Notes: generated by a model not told the origin, from the letters alone. DNA of 64,000 bases from Bacillales bacterium UBA3207 (GCA_002363735.1 DEWP01000001.1:31359-95358), one strand, 5' to 3'; counted from the stretch's first letter, positions 28,148 to 35,950 are shown. Translations and numbers: made by a program.

Positions 28148-29551
28148 TTAAAGAGAACGGATTTTTCCTTCTTCGTCATGTAAACGAAGAGCTACACCAT
28201 TAACCTTCTTTAATGCAAGAGCAAATTTTACTGCTTCATCTTCACTATCGAAGACAGCGAGTGGTTTTTTAGCACCAACTTGTTTAAGTTGGTATTTGCC
28301 TTCAGAGTTTTTAGAAATATGAACTGGTTTAGACGAAGCTAATTTTGGAGCATGAACTTCTTCTTCAACAGGCTCTTTTTCTTTAACTTCTTCTTTTTTT
28401 GCTTCTTCAGGTTCAGCAACACGAATGATTTCTTCAACGTATTCAACAGGTTCTTCGACTTCTTCGTGTTCGCGGAAGAATGGAAGGTCAACATATTCAT
28501 CATCTTTACAACCAAAGTGTTGTGCTGATGGTTCATAATTTGACATTGCTTTAACAACTTCGAGTTCTTCTTCGCTTAATGGCTCTTCTTCTTCAACGTC
28601 TTCGCCTGGAACAAAGTTCGGATCAAACATTGGTAGGTCAACATCTTCTTCTTCAACTTCATTTCGAGAATTACGGAGAGCTTCCATAATACGAAGTTCA
28701 TCATCTGTATAAATTTCTTTATTCTTTTCGAAATCTGGATCAAACATTGCTAAATCAAGACCTTCTTCTTCGGCACGATGTTTCTTATCTAAGTATTCAA
28801 GAATACTTTCTGGGATTTCATCTTCGTGACGATATTGACTTGCGGCAAGAATCACTTCAATTTCATCATCACGGACATAATGACCTTTTAAGACATGGTT
28901 TTCACCACGTTCAATATGATCAACTTTATGTTTAAGAAGTTCTGGTTTACGAGCTGGATGGGAAGCTTCAGTTAAGACAGGTGGAAGATCGCTATAATCA
29001 ATTTCATCTTCTTGTTGTTCCGCTTCAGCTTCTTTAGCTTTTGCTTCAGCTTTAGCAAGTTTCTTTGCTTTGTTTGCCTTGAACATAATAATGACATGAA
29101 GGACAAATGCAGCAACGAATAAGACAATTGCGCCAAGAGCAACATAAGTCATCAATCCGTACATTGTATTTTCAACTTCAAGCGCGGTAGCGGCAAAGTC
29201 ATAAGACATGTTAACGAAAACGCCAAGAGCAGCAACTTCTAAAACAAGTGCGGCAATGAAGCCGAATAAAATACCTAAGAAATGTCTCTTAACAATTGCA
29301 AAGACAATCCATAAAACAAATAAGAGTGCACCAACACCCATTGCAGCAAGCATCACATAGATTGGGAATCCAAATTTTTCTTGGAATGCACTGAAATCTT
29401 TAAACGCTTCGAGAAGACTTTCAAAAAGCTGACTGAAATCTAGTGCTTCTACACCTTCAAGTGGTGTAATGATTGGATAAACCAATGTAAAGATACCGCA
29501 GACTGCAGCAACTGGAATAAGGATTGCGAGGATAATTTTCATAATTTTCAT
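28148..29551 (-). CDS. multi-pass membrane protein with acidic repeat linker and DUF2188-like C-terminal domain
   Basis: 467 aa with about 4 TM helices. Then KAKKLAKAEAKAKEAEAEQQ and an acidic region with three DL[PA][MF]F motifs. The C-terminus SKPVHISKNSEGKYQLKQVGAKKPLAVFDSEDEAVKFALALKKVNGVALRLHDEEGKI fits the remembered DUF2188 pattern (hV-p...g-W-vk-eg..r....f-tk-eAi-.A...a......l-iH-.dG-i). Confidence 0.75.
   Translation of the reverse strand: MKIMKIILAILIPVAAVCGIFTLVYPIITPLEGVEALDFSQLFESLLEAFKDFSAFQEKFGFPIYVMLAAMGVGALLFVLWIVFAIVKRHFLGILFGFIAALVLEVAALGVFVNMSYDFAATALEVENTMYGLMTYVALGAIVLFVAAFVLHVIIMFKANKAKKLAKAEAKAKEAEAEQQEDEIDYSDLPPVLTEASHPARKPELLKHKVDHIERGENHVLKGHYVRDDEIEVILAASQYRHEDEIPESILEYLDKKHRAEEEGLDLAMFDPDFEKNKEIYTDDELRIMEALRNSRNEVEEEDVDLPMFDPNFVPGEDVEEEEPLSEEELEVVKAMSNYEPSAQHFGCKDDEYVDLPFFREHEEVEEPVEYVEEIIRVAEPEEAKKEEVKEKEPVEEEVHAPKLASSKPVHISKNSEGKYQLKQVGAKKPLAVFDSEDEAVKFALALKKVNGVALRLHDEEGKIRSL
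28463..28759 (-). repeat. three copies of an acidic short linear motif (LDLAMFDPDF / VDLPMFDPNF / VDLPFFREHE) within the 467-aa protein
   Basis: Residues 265-274, 304-313 and 354-363, counted by hand. Each copy is embedded in Glu/Asp-rich sequence. Confidence 0.6.
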
Positions 29552-29607
29552 AAGAAAAACCTACCTTTTTATGTGTACATTATAGCACGCACAAAGACAA
29601 ATCAAAA

Positions 29608-29632
29608 TAAAAACTCCAGCAATCACTGGAGT
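29608..29632 (-). terminator. rho-independent terminator after tRNA-Val
   Basis: The minus strand reads ACTCCAGtgattgCTGGAGTtttta. Confidence 0.65.
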
Positions 29633-29642
29633 ATTTATCAAT

Positions 29643-29718
29643 TGGTGGATGCTACAGGGCTCGAACCTGTGACCTTCTGTACGTCAAACAGATGCTCTCC
29701 CAGCTGAGCTAAACATCC
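29643..29718 (-). tRNA. tRNA-Val (anticodon GAC)
   Basis: GGATGTTTAGCTCAGCTGGGAGAGCATCTGTTTGACGTACAGAAGGTCACAGGTTCGAGCCCTGTAGCATCCACCA. Stem TCTGT/ACAGA, loop TT-GAC-GT. Confidence 0.85.
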
Positions 29719-29729
29719 ATGGGATTTTG

Positions 29730-29805
29730 TGGTGCCGTCAGACGGAATTGAACCATCGACCTACTGATTACGAGACAGTTGCTCTACCTGCTGAGCTATG
29801 ACGGC
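29730..29805 (-). tRNA. tRNA-Thr (anticodon CGU)
   Basis: GCCGTCATAGCTCAGCAGGTAGAGCAACTGTCTCGTAATCAGTAGGTCGATGGTTCAATTCCGTCTGACGGCACCA. Loop CT-CGT-AA. 11 nt upstream of tRNA-Val. Confidence 0.85.
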
Positions 29806-29882
29806 AGAGGGCGTGATTATATTAAATGATTCACTTTGATATTTCAATAATTTATTTTGAGAAATAACAAAATGAGATTCAC

Positions 29883-30677
29883 TTAATAGAGTTTTCCAAC
29901 AACCCAGTTGAAAAATTTTGTTGGAACAATTTTGCTAAGAAAACAAAATAATTTGTATTTAGCTCCACCGACATAAAGTGGTTTTATCCAAGATTTGCTG
30001 GATATTTTGTAAATTTTGTTAGCCATTTTTTCTGGACTCATTCCATTTTTTTCATCGCGTTCCATTGAAGAAACGGATTTCTCTAAACGAGGATAGACAT
30101 CACTACCGACAGTGCTTTTTTCTCGAGCACTTGTGAATCCAGTTTGAACATCTCCTGGCATTAAAGCGCAAACTTTAACATGAAACGGGCGAAGTTCATT
30201 AGCTAAGGCAAGGGTTAAGGAGTTAATTGCTGATTTACAAGCACTATAAAATGCTTGAAAAGGAATCGAGAAAACAGCAGCGACAGAACTAATGAAAATA
30301 ATTCGTCCACTCTGTTCTTTTCTCATATAAGGAATAACTGCTTTAGAAACACTAAGAGATCCAAAGAAATTGACATCAAATTGTTTCTTAGCGTCTTCTA
30401 AGTTAGTGAATTCAATTGGTCCAGAAATACCAAAACCAGCATTGTTAATTAAGACATCAATGTGACCTTGTTCATCAATGATTTGTTTAATAGCGTTTTG
30501 AATAGTTTCTTCTTTTGTAACATCACAAAAAAGGTGTGTGACACCATCAAAAGATTTGCCTGAGCGAGATAGTTCATAAACAATATGACCTTTCGAGGCA
30601 AATTTTTTGACTGTAGATAAGCCAATACCGCTTGATCCACCAGTGACCACTACAACTTTAGTTTTCGCTTTTTTCAT
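29883..30677 (-). CDS. classical SDR oxidoreductase, candidate 3-ketosphinganine-type reductase by context
   Basis: 264 aa with TGGSSGIG, NNAG, S-x(n)-YSACK. Its start overlaps the upstream alpha-oxoamine synthase gene by 20 nt. Confidence 0.85.
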   Translation of the reverse strand: MKKAKTKVVVVTGGSSGIGLSTVKKFASKGHIVYELSRSGKSFDGVTHLFCDVTKEETIQNAIKQIIDEQGHIDVLINNAGFGISGPIEFTNLEDAKKQFDVNFFGSLSVSKAVIPYMRKEQSGRIIFISSVAAVFSIPFQAFYSACKSAINSLTLALANELRPFHVKVCALMPGDVQTGFTSAREKSTVGSDVYPRLEKSVSSMERDEKNGMSPEKMANKIYKISSKSWIKPLYVGGAKYKLFCFLSKIVPTKFFNWVVGKLY

Positions 30678-31839
30678 TATTTACAACGTCAGCAATGATA
30701 TCAGCAGCTTCATCAATTTGTTTTTCATTATGAGAAGCCATTAAAGTAACACGTAATAAGCATTCACCTTCAGGTGCTGCTGGAGAAACAACTGGGTTAA
30801 CATAGACTCCACGAGCAAATAATTTTTGGGAAATGATAAATGTACGTTCTGGAGTATAAGTATAAATTGGGACAATTGGAGTAGAAGCTTCAACAATATG
30901 TAAACCACGTTTTTGGAAAGCATTACGGCAATAATCACCTAAATCATGTAATCTTTTCACCATTTCAGGATGTGCTTTAAGTTCACGAAGAGCTTGAAGA
31001 GCACATGCCGCTGAAGCTGGGGTTAAAGATGCACTAAAGATAAATGGACGGGAAGTGTGACGAACATGATCACAAACTGCTTTTGAAGCAGCCATACATC
31101 CACCGATTGAGGCGAGTGATTTTGAGAATGTGTTCATAATGACATCGACTTGGTCTTCTAAACCAAAATAAGATGCTGTGCCACGTCCACCTTCACCTAA
31201 AACACCTAAACTATGAGCATCATCAACCATGACTCTAGCACCATATTTTTTCGCTAAAGCACAGATTTCTGGTAATTTACAAATGTCGCCTCTCATTGAG
31301 AAGACGCCATCAGTAACAATTAAAATACCTGCGGTTTGTGGAATACTTTGGAGTTGTCTTTCTAAGTCTTCCATATCGCTATGACGATAACGTAATACTT
31401 TAGCATAGCTAAGTTTACAAGCATCATAGATACTAGCGTGGTTTTCGCGGTCATTTAAAATGTAATCGCCAAAACCTGCTAGAGCAGAGATAATTCCTAA
31501 ATTTGATTGGAAACCTGTTGAAAAAGTAACGCAGTCTTCTTTGTGTAAGAAGTCAGCAATTTCTCTTTCGAGTTCTTTATGAAGATCTAAAGTTCCATTA
31601 AGGAAGCGGGAACCGGAACAACCAGAACCATACTTTTCTAAAGCTTTGATTCCAGCATTAATAACGTTTTGATTTTCGGTTAATCCAAGATAGTTATTCG
31701 AACCAAGCATAATAATGCGGTGTCCTTCCATAACTACTTCTGGGGCTTGTCTCGATTGTAACTCATGGAAGTAAGGATAGATTCCTTTTTCACGAGCTAA
31801 TTCAAGCAATGGGTTTTTATACTTTGAAAATAAATCCAT
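30658..31839 (-). CDS. alpha-oxoamine synthase family enzyme, serine palmitoyltransferase-like
   Basis: 393 aa with GSNNYLGL, GSGCSGSRFLNGT, DDAHSLGVLG, and PLP-lysine motif TFSKSLASIGG. The SRxLNGT and TFSKS variants are those I recall for SPT rather than KBL (TLGKALGG) or E. coli BioF (TFGKGFG). Confidence 0.8.
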   Translation of the reverse strand: MDLFSKYKNPLLELAREKGIYPYFHELQSRQAPEVVMEGHRIIMLGSNNYLGLTENQNVINAGIKALEKYGSGCSGSRFLNGTLDLHKELEREIADFLHKEDCVTFSTGFQSNLGIISALAGFGDYILNDRENHASIYDACKLSYAKVLRYRHSDMEDLERQLQSIPQTAGILIVTDGVFSMRGDICKLPEICALAKKYGARVMVDDAHSLGVLGEGGRGTASYFGLEDQVDVIMNTFSKSLASIGGCMAASKAVCDHVRHTSRPFIFSASLTPASAACALQALRELKAHPEMVKRLHDLGDYCRNAFQKRGLHIVEASTPIVPIYTYTPERTFIISQKLFARGVYVNPVVSPAAPEGECLLRVTLMASHNEKQIDEAADIIADVVNNEKSEN

Positions 31840-31870
31840 ATTTCAACCTCACTTTTAAAAAAGCACGTGT

Positions 31871-31899
31871 ATTATATTCATAAAATATGAATCTGTAAA
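31871..31899 (-). promoter_or_regulatory. sigma-70-type promoter for the SPT-like/SDR operon
   Basis: The minus strand reads TTTACA, 17 nt spacer, TATAAT. GAGG RBS lies 7 nt before ATG 31839. Confidence 0.45.
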
Positions 31900-31972
31900 A
31901 CATTTTCTTTCTTAATAAATAAAATATTTAAGATTTGCTGGAGATATTATTTGTAAAAAACGTATATCAAAT

Positions 31973-31995
31973 AAAAAGAGATTGCGAACAATCTC
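31973..31995 (-). terminator. rho-independent terminator after tRNA-Leu(CAA)
   Basis: The minus strand reads GAGATTGttcgCAATCTCttttt. Confidence 0.7.
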
Positions 31996-32003
31996 CTTAT
32001 TTG

Positions 32004-32087
32004 GGTGCCCACGGTCGGACTCGAACCGACATGGATTTCTCCGAAGGATTTTGAGTCCTTTGCGTCTACCAATTTCACCACGTGGGC
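32004..32087 (-). tRNA. tRNA-Leu (anticodon CAA), class II
   Basis: GCCCACGTGGTGAAATTGGTAGACGCAAAGGACTCAAAATCCTTCGGAGAAATCCATGTCGGTTCGAGTCCGACCGTGGGCACC. Loop CT-CAA-AA, long variable arm. The 3' end is genomically ACCC, so CCA is not fully encoded. Confidence 0.85.
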
Positions 32088-32095
32088 TTTTTTAG

Positions 32096-32179
32096 GGTGC
32101 AGTGAGCGAGACTTGAACTCGCAACCCTAACGGGATGGGCTTCTGAGACCCACGCGTATACCAATTCCGCCACCACTGC
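32096..32179 (-). tRNA. tRNA-Leu (anticodon CAG), class II
   Basis: GCAGTGGTGGCGGAATTGGTATACGCGTGGGTCTCAGAAGCCCATCCCGTTAGGGTTGCGAGTTCAAGTCTCGCTCACTGCACC. Loop CT-CAG-AA. The 3' end is ACCC, as in its neighbour. Confidence 0.85.
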
Positions 32180-32208
32180 GCTTGGTTAAGTATACACTAA
32201 TAATTCAC

Positions 32209-32904
32209 TTATAAATAAATCTTTTTGATTTTCTCTAAAGTTGGATCATCAGCCTTAGAAAATTCCAATTTATCGAGTTCTTCTTTATTTGACCAGGCCA
32301 TGTCAATGTGTTCAGTTAAGGTTGGAGTTCCTTCTAAAAGTTCACAACGATACGTGTCAATATGAAGAATTTGAGTCGGGTATTCATCAACGATATTTGT
32401 GATACGTTCATGAACTTTAACTTTGATTTTTAATTCTTCTTGAAGTTCACGGGCTAATGCTTGCTGAGGAGTTTCACCTGGTTCAATCTTTCCGCCCGGG
32501 AATTCCCATTTAAATTTTGTCTCTCCTTTATTGCCTCTTTGTGCCGCAAAAACATAACCATCCTTAATGATTGCACCAGCAACAACAAAAACTTCTCTTT
32601 TCTTATTTTCACCGACAGTTTTTGGTTTATTTTCAGTTTTTGCTGGTTTTTTTGATCTTCCTTTTAAAATCAAAATGAGCATAACTATGCAAGCGATAAA
32701 TGCTAATGCAGCAAGAACAATCATTGCCCAAAAACCAATTGTGTAAGGAGTAGTAATCTTTTCTCCACCCTTCTCAGAAAACTCTTTAACTTTCAGTCCA
32801 AGAAACAATGCGAGAAGTCCAAAAACAACTGTCGCAATCCCACAGTTTCCTAAGACAATAAGTAATTTAGATGATTTTGATTCGTTATTTTTTTCGTTTG
32901 CCAT
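32209..32904 (-). CDS. membrane-tethered MutT-type NUDIX hydrolase
   Basis: 231 aa with two N-terminal TM helices and a basic linker. The domain has Nudix box GGKIEPGETPQQALARELQEELKI and the FAAQR..WEFPGG pattern typical of MutT/CTP pyrophosphohydrolase. Confidence 0.8.
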   Translation of the reverse strand: MANEKNNESKSSKLLIVLGNCGIATVVFGLLALFLGLKVKEFSEKGGEKITTPYTIGFWAMIVLAALAFIACIVMLILILKGRSKKPAKTENKPKTVGENKKREVFVVAGAIIKDGYVFAAQRGNKGETKFKWEFPGGKIEPGETPQQALARELQEELKIKVKVHERITNIVDEYPTQILHIDTYRCELLEGTPTLTEHIDMAWSNKEELDKLEFSKADDPTLEKIKKIYL

Positions 32905-32946
32905 AGGACAAATTATAAATCATTGAATTTCTTTATTTAATAATAA

Positions 32947-33912
32947 TTAGATATTTTTACGAATAAAGCTCTCAATTTTATCAAATGGAATCTTATCGTG
33001 ATTTGATCCACCATCATATAAATCGCAGTGTGTTGCATCTTTGACTAATAAGAATTCTTTGTTATCACCTTTTAATAATTTAAAGGCATCTTGACCAAAA
33101 TATAATGAGTGTGCTTTTTCTCCGTGAACAACTAAAACAGCACTTCTAATTTCAGACGCGTATGTGAATAGTCTTGTATTTAAAAGTGATGTGCCTGCAG
33201 TGACATTCCATCCACCGTTACTATTTAAACTACGTGAGTGATAACCTCTTTTTGTTTTGTAATAGTCATAATATTGTTGAACAAACCAAGGTGTTCCTGT
33301 TGGATCATCAACAACTCCGCCACCTAATTTATATGTACCGTTTTTGAAATCGAGAGTTCTTTGAGCATTAATCGCCACCCTTGCTTGATAGCGACTTTCT
33401 TCATTGTTAGCTTGATCAAAATAACCGTTTCCAGTCACTCTAGACATGTCATACATTGTGACAGCCACAGTCGCTTTAATTCGGGTATCAATGCAAGCAG
33501 TTTGAATTGCCATTCCGCCCCAACCACAGATTCCAATAATTGAAATCTTACTTGGATCAACTAAATCTAGATTGGATAAGAAATCAACAGCAGCCTGGAA
33601 ATCTTCAACATTAATATCTGGTGAATTCATATAACGTGGTTCCCCACCACTTTCACCAGTAAAAGATGGATCAAAGGCAATTGTTAAGAATCCTCTTCTT
33701 GCCATCTCTTGAGCATAAAGTCCACTCGATTGTTCTTTCACTGCTCCAAATGGTCCGCTAACAGCAATTGTTGGTAATTTGCTGGTGTTTTTTGGCCAAA
33801 ACATATCAGCAGCTAACTCAATACCAAAATGATTTTTAAATGTTACTTTCTTATGATTAAGTGATTTTTCTTCTGGGAAAACTTTATCCCATTCTTGAAC
33901 TAATTTAAGCAT
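32947..33912 (-). CDS. alpha/beta hydrolase (dienelactone-hydrolase-like, Cys at the nucleophile elbow)
   Basis: 321 aa. The nucleophile elbow reads GICGWGG (G-x-C-x-G). A late His sits in DATHCDLYD. Confidence 0.75.
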   Translation of the reverse strand: MLKLVQEWDKVFPEEKSLNHKKVTFKNHFGIELAADMFWPKNTSKLPTIAVSGPFGAVKEQSSGLYAQEMARRGFLTIAFDPSFTGESGGEPRYMNSPDINVEDFQAAVDFLSNLDLVDPSKISIIGICGWGGMAIQTACIDTRIKATVAVTMYDMSRVTGNGYFDQANNEESRYQARVAINAQRTLDFKNGTYKLGGGVVDDPTGTPWFVQQYYDYYKTKRGYHSRSLNSNGGWNVTAGTSLLNTRLFTYASEIRSAVLVVHGEKAHSLYFGQDAFKLLKGDNKEFLLVKDATHCDLYDGGSNHDKIPFDKIESFIRKNI

Positions 33913-34447
33913 TATATATTCTTCCCCATTTCATAAGCTAAATGTAATTTTTCGCTTTTCATAATATCATTTGGAGAACCAAGTCCTCCAATAAATAAAG
34001 TATCTTTTAATTCAACACCTTCAAAGCAATCAATCCATCCTTGTAATCCTTGAATTGCTCTTAAAGGAACTTCTTTATCTTCTTCATGAGCAACAGTTAA
34101 AAAATAAACTTCTTTAAATTTGTTTTCGCGAGCATATAAACAGTTACAACGGTCAATTAATGTCTTCATTTGACCAGACATTTCGTAATAATAAATCGGT
34201 GATGCCCAGACAATGACATCGCTATTAGAAATCTTATCAGCGATTTCGTTTGCGTCATCATTAATCACACATTTACCAAGTTTTTGACAAGCTAGACAAC
34301 CTTTACAAAATGCAATGTTTTTATCTTTTAATGAAATAAAATCCACCGCATTTCCGGCATCTTTTGCTCCTTTTTCAAATTCGTGAGCAAGTGTTTCAGA
34401 ATTGCTACCAAATCGATTACTTGTTGAGATAATTAATACTTTTTCAT
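33912..34447 (-). pseudogene. flavodoxin-like FMN reductase / iron-sulfur flavoprotein gene interrupted by a frameshift in an A5 run
   Basis: ATG 34447 reads ATGAAAAAGTATTAA (M K K Y stop). The other frame reads VLIISTSNRFGSNSETLAHEFEKGAKDAGNAVDFISLKDKNIAFCKGCLACQK... through to 33912. One extra A would restore MKKVLIISTS. The ORF-track version starts at an internal GTG and lacks the N-terminal FMN-phosphate loop. Confidence 0.7.
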
Positions 34448-34473
34448 CAGTTTACCTTCATCTACTTTATAAC

Positions 34474-34490
34474 CGGAATTATAAATTCCG
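34474..34490. promoter_or_regulatory. 17-bp palindrome CGGAATTATAAATTCCG, candidate operator
   Basis: Perfect 7-bp arms around ATA, 27 nt upstream of the flavoprotein ATG in the divergent intergenic region. Confidence 0.3.
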
Positions 34491-34643
34491 TAAATATAGT
34501 AAAGATACTCTGGTATCTAAGTCAAGACAAAATAAAAGGCTATTTAACAATATTTTTTGTGGTTTTCTAACTTTAAATACTTAAGCTTAAAAATTACATT
34601 TTATTTTTTATTTTAATTGTTATGCGTTTTATTTGCCCAGCTC

Positions 34644-34659
34644 GATATCTTAAGATATC
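34644..34659. promoter_or_regulatory. 16-bp perfect palindrome GATATCTTAAGATATC, candidate operator upstream of ldhA
   Basis: Self-complementary by inspection. It ends 21 nt before the ldhA start codon and 9 nt before its GAGGA RBS. Confidence 0.3.
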
Positions 34660-34680
34660 ATTAAAAACGAGGAAATGATT

Positions 34681-35715
34681 ATGAAGATTGCTTTTTTTGA
34701 CACTAAAGATTATGACATTGAATCTTTTGATTCATTAGTCAAGGATACTGATATCGAAATTAAATATTTTGAACCAAAATTAAACATCGATACTGTTAAA
34801 CTAACCGCTGGGTTTGATGGAGTGTGCGTCTTTGTTAATGACTCGATTACCAAGGAAGTCATAGATGAATTATATAAAAATGGAGTAAAAGCCATCTTTT
34901 TAAGATGTGCTGGATTTAATAATGTCGATTTAAAATCGGCATTTGGTAAAGTACACGTTTATCGTGTTCCAGCTTATTCTCCATATGCAGTTGCGGAACA
35001 TGCGATGGCGTTATATTTAACGAGCAATCGTCGTATTCATAAAGCCTATAACCGAACAAGAGAATATAACTTCTCATTATCAGGATTAACCGGTAATGAC
35101 TTACATGGCAAAACAGTCGGTGTTATCGGAACTGGTAAAATCGGAAGAATCTTTATTAATATTTGTAAAGGATTTGGAATGAATGTCATTGCATATGATT
35201 TATTCCCAATTAAAGATAGCGATATCAATTATGTTTCTTTAGAAACATTATTTAAAGAATCTGATGTAATTTCCCTCCATTGTCCTCTAACAAAAGAAAC
35301 CACTCATATCATCAATAAAGACACAATTGCTTTAATGAAAAAGGGAGTGGCTATTATCAACACCTCAAGAGGTGGATTAATTAACTCAGAAGATTTATTA
35401 GATGGTATCAAAAGCCGTCAAATCGGTTCTGTCTGCTTAGATGTCTATGAAGAAGAAGGAAACTTATTCTTTGAAAATAAATCAGGGCACATTATGGATG
35501 ACTCCACGTTACTACAATTAATCGCGATGCCTAACGTCCTGATCACTTCCCATCAAGCGTTCTTAACAAAAGAAGCTTTAAGTAACATCGCAAAAACAAC
35601 GATTGAAAATATCAATAAATTCTATCAAGACGAATTAAACAGTGAATGTGAAGTTTGTTATCGATGTGGCAACGAAGCCCATTGCGCAAAAAAGAGAAAC
35701 GCGAAGTGTTTCTAA
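34681..35715 (+). CDS. ldhA: D-lactate dehydrogenase / D-isomer-specific 2-hydroxyacid dehydrogenase
   Basis: Start at ATG 34681 (MKIAFFDTKDYD), 7 nt after GAGGA. NAD motif GVIGTGKIGR. Catalytic region NTSRGGLI...DVYEEE...HQAF. There is a 19-aa Cys-rich extension at the C-terminus. Confidence 0.85.
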   Translation: MKIAFFDTKDYDIESFDSLVKDTDIEIKYFEPKLNIDTVKLTAGFDGVCVFVNDSITKEVIDELYKNGVKAIFLRCAGFNNVDLKSAFGKVHVYRVPAYSPYAVAEHAMALYLTSNRRIHKAYNRTREYNFSLSGLTGNDLHGKTVGVIGTGKIGRIFINICKGFGMNVIAYDLFPIKDSDINYVSLETLFKESDVISLHCPLTKETTHIINKDTIALMKKGVAIINTSRGGLINSEDLLDGIKSRQIGSVCLDVYEEEGNLFFENKSGHIMDDSTLLQLIAMPNVLITSHQAFLTKEALSNIAKTTIENINKFYQDELNSECEVCYRCGNEAHCAKKRNAKCF

Positions 35716-35753
35716 AGAAAATAAAATAACAAGTGCCAGGGCACAAGACAAAT

Positions 35754-35796
35754 AAAAAACCCTCATATAGCTTCATTAAATGAGGGTATTTTTTTG
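35754..35796. terminator. bidirectional terminator between ldhA and tRNA-Ala
   Basis: aaaaaaCCCTCATatagcttcattaaATGAGGGtattttttt. Confidence 0.6.
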
Positions 35797-35800
35797 CATT

Positions 35801-35876
35801 TGGTGGATCTGACCGGGCTCGAACCGGCCACCTCCTCCATGCCATGGAGGCGCTCTCCCAGATGAGCTACAGACCC
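35801..35876 (-). tRNA. tRNA-Ala (anticodon GGC)
   Basis: GGGTCTGTAGCTCATCTGGGAGAGCGCCTCCATGGCATGGAGGAGGTGGCCGGTTCGAGCCCGGTCAGATCCACCA. The G3:U70 Ala identity pair is present. Loop AT-GGC-AT. Confidence 0.9.
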
Positions 35877-35921
35877 AGGTGCCTAACTATATTATCTTTT
35901 AATAAATAAAAAGTAAAGAAA

Positions 35922-35945
35922 AAGCCTCTTTGAATTTTGAGGCTT
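35922..35945 (-). terminator. hairpin plus U-run after tRNA-Arg
   Basis: The minus strand reads AAGCCTCaaaattcaaaGAGGCTTtttc. Confidence 0.55.
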
Positions 35946-35950
35946 ACATA

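Noticed and set aside
34402-34584. 60-aa plus-strand ORF in the flavoprotein/ldhA intergenic region.
   Set aside because: It starts inside the frameshifted flavoprotein 5' end on the opposite strand and has no RBS. Its sequence is low-complexity and Asn/Lys/Leu-rich, typical of random AT-rich ORFs.
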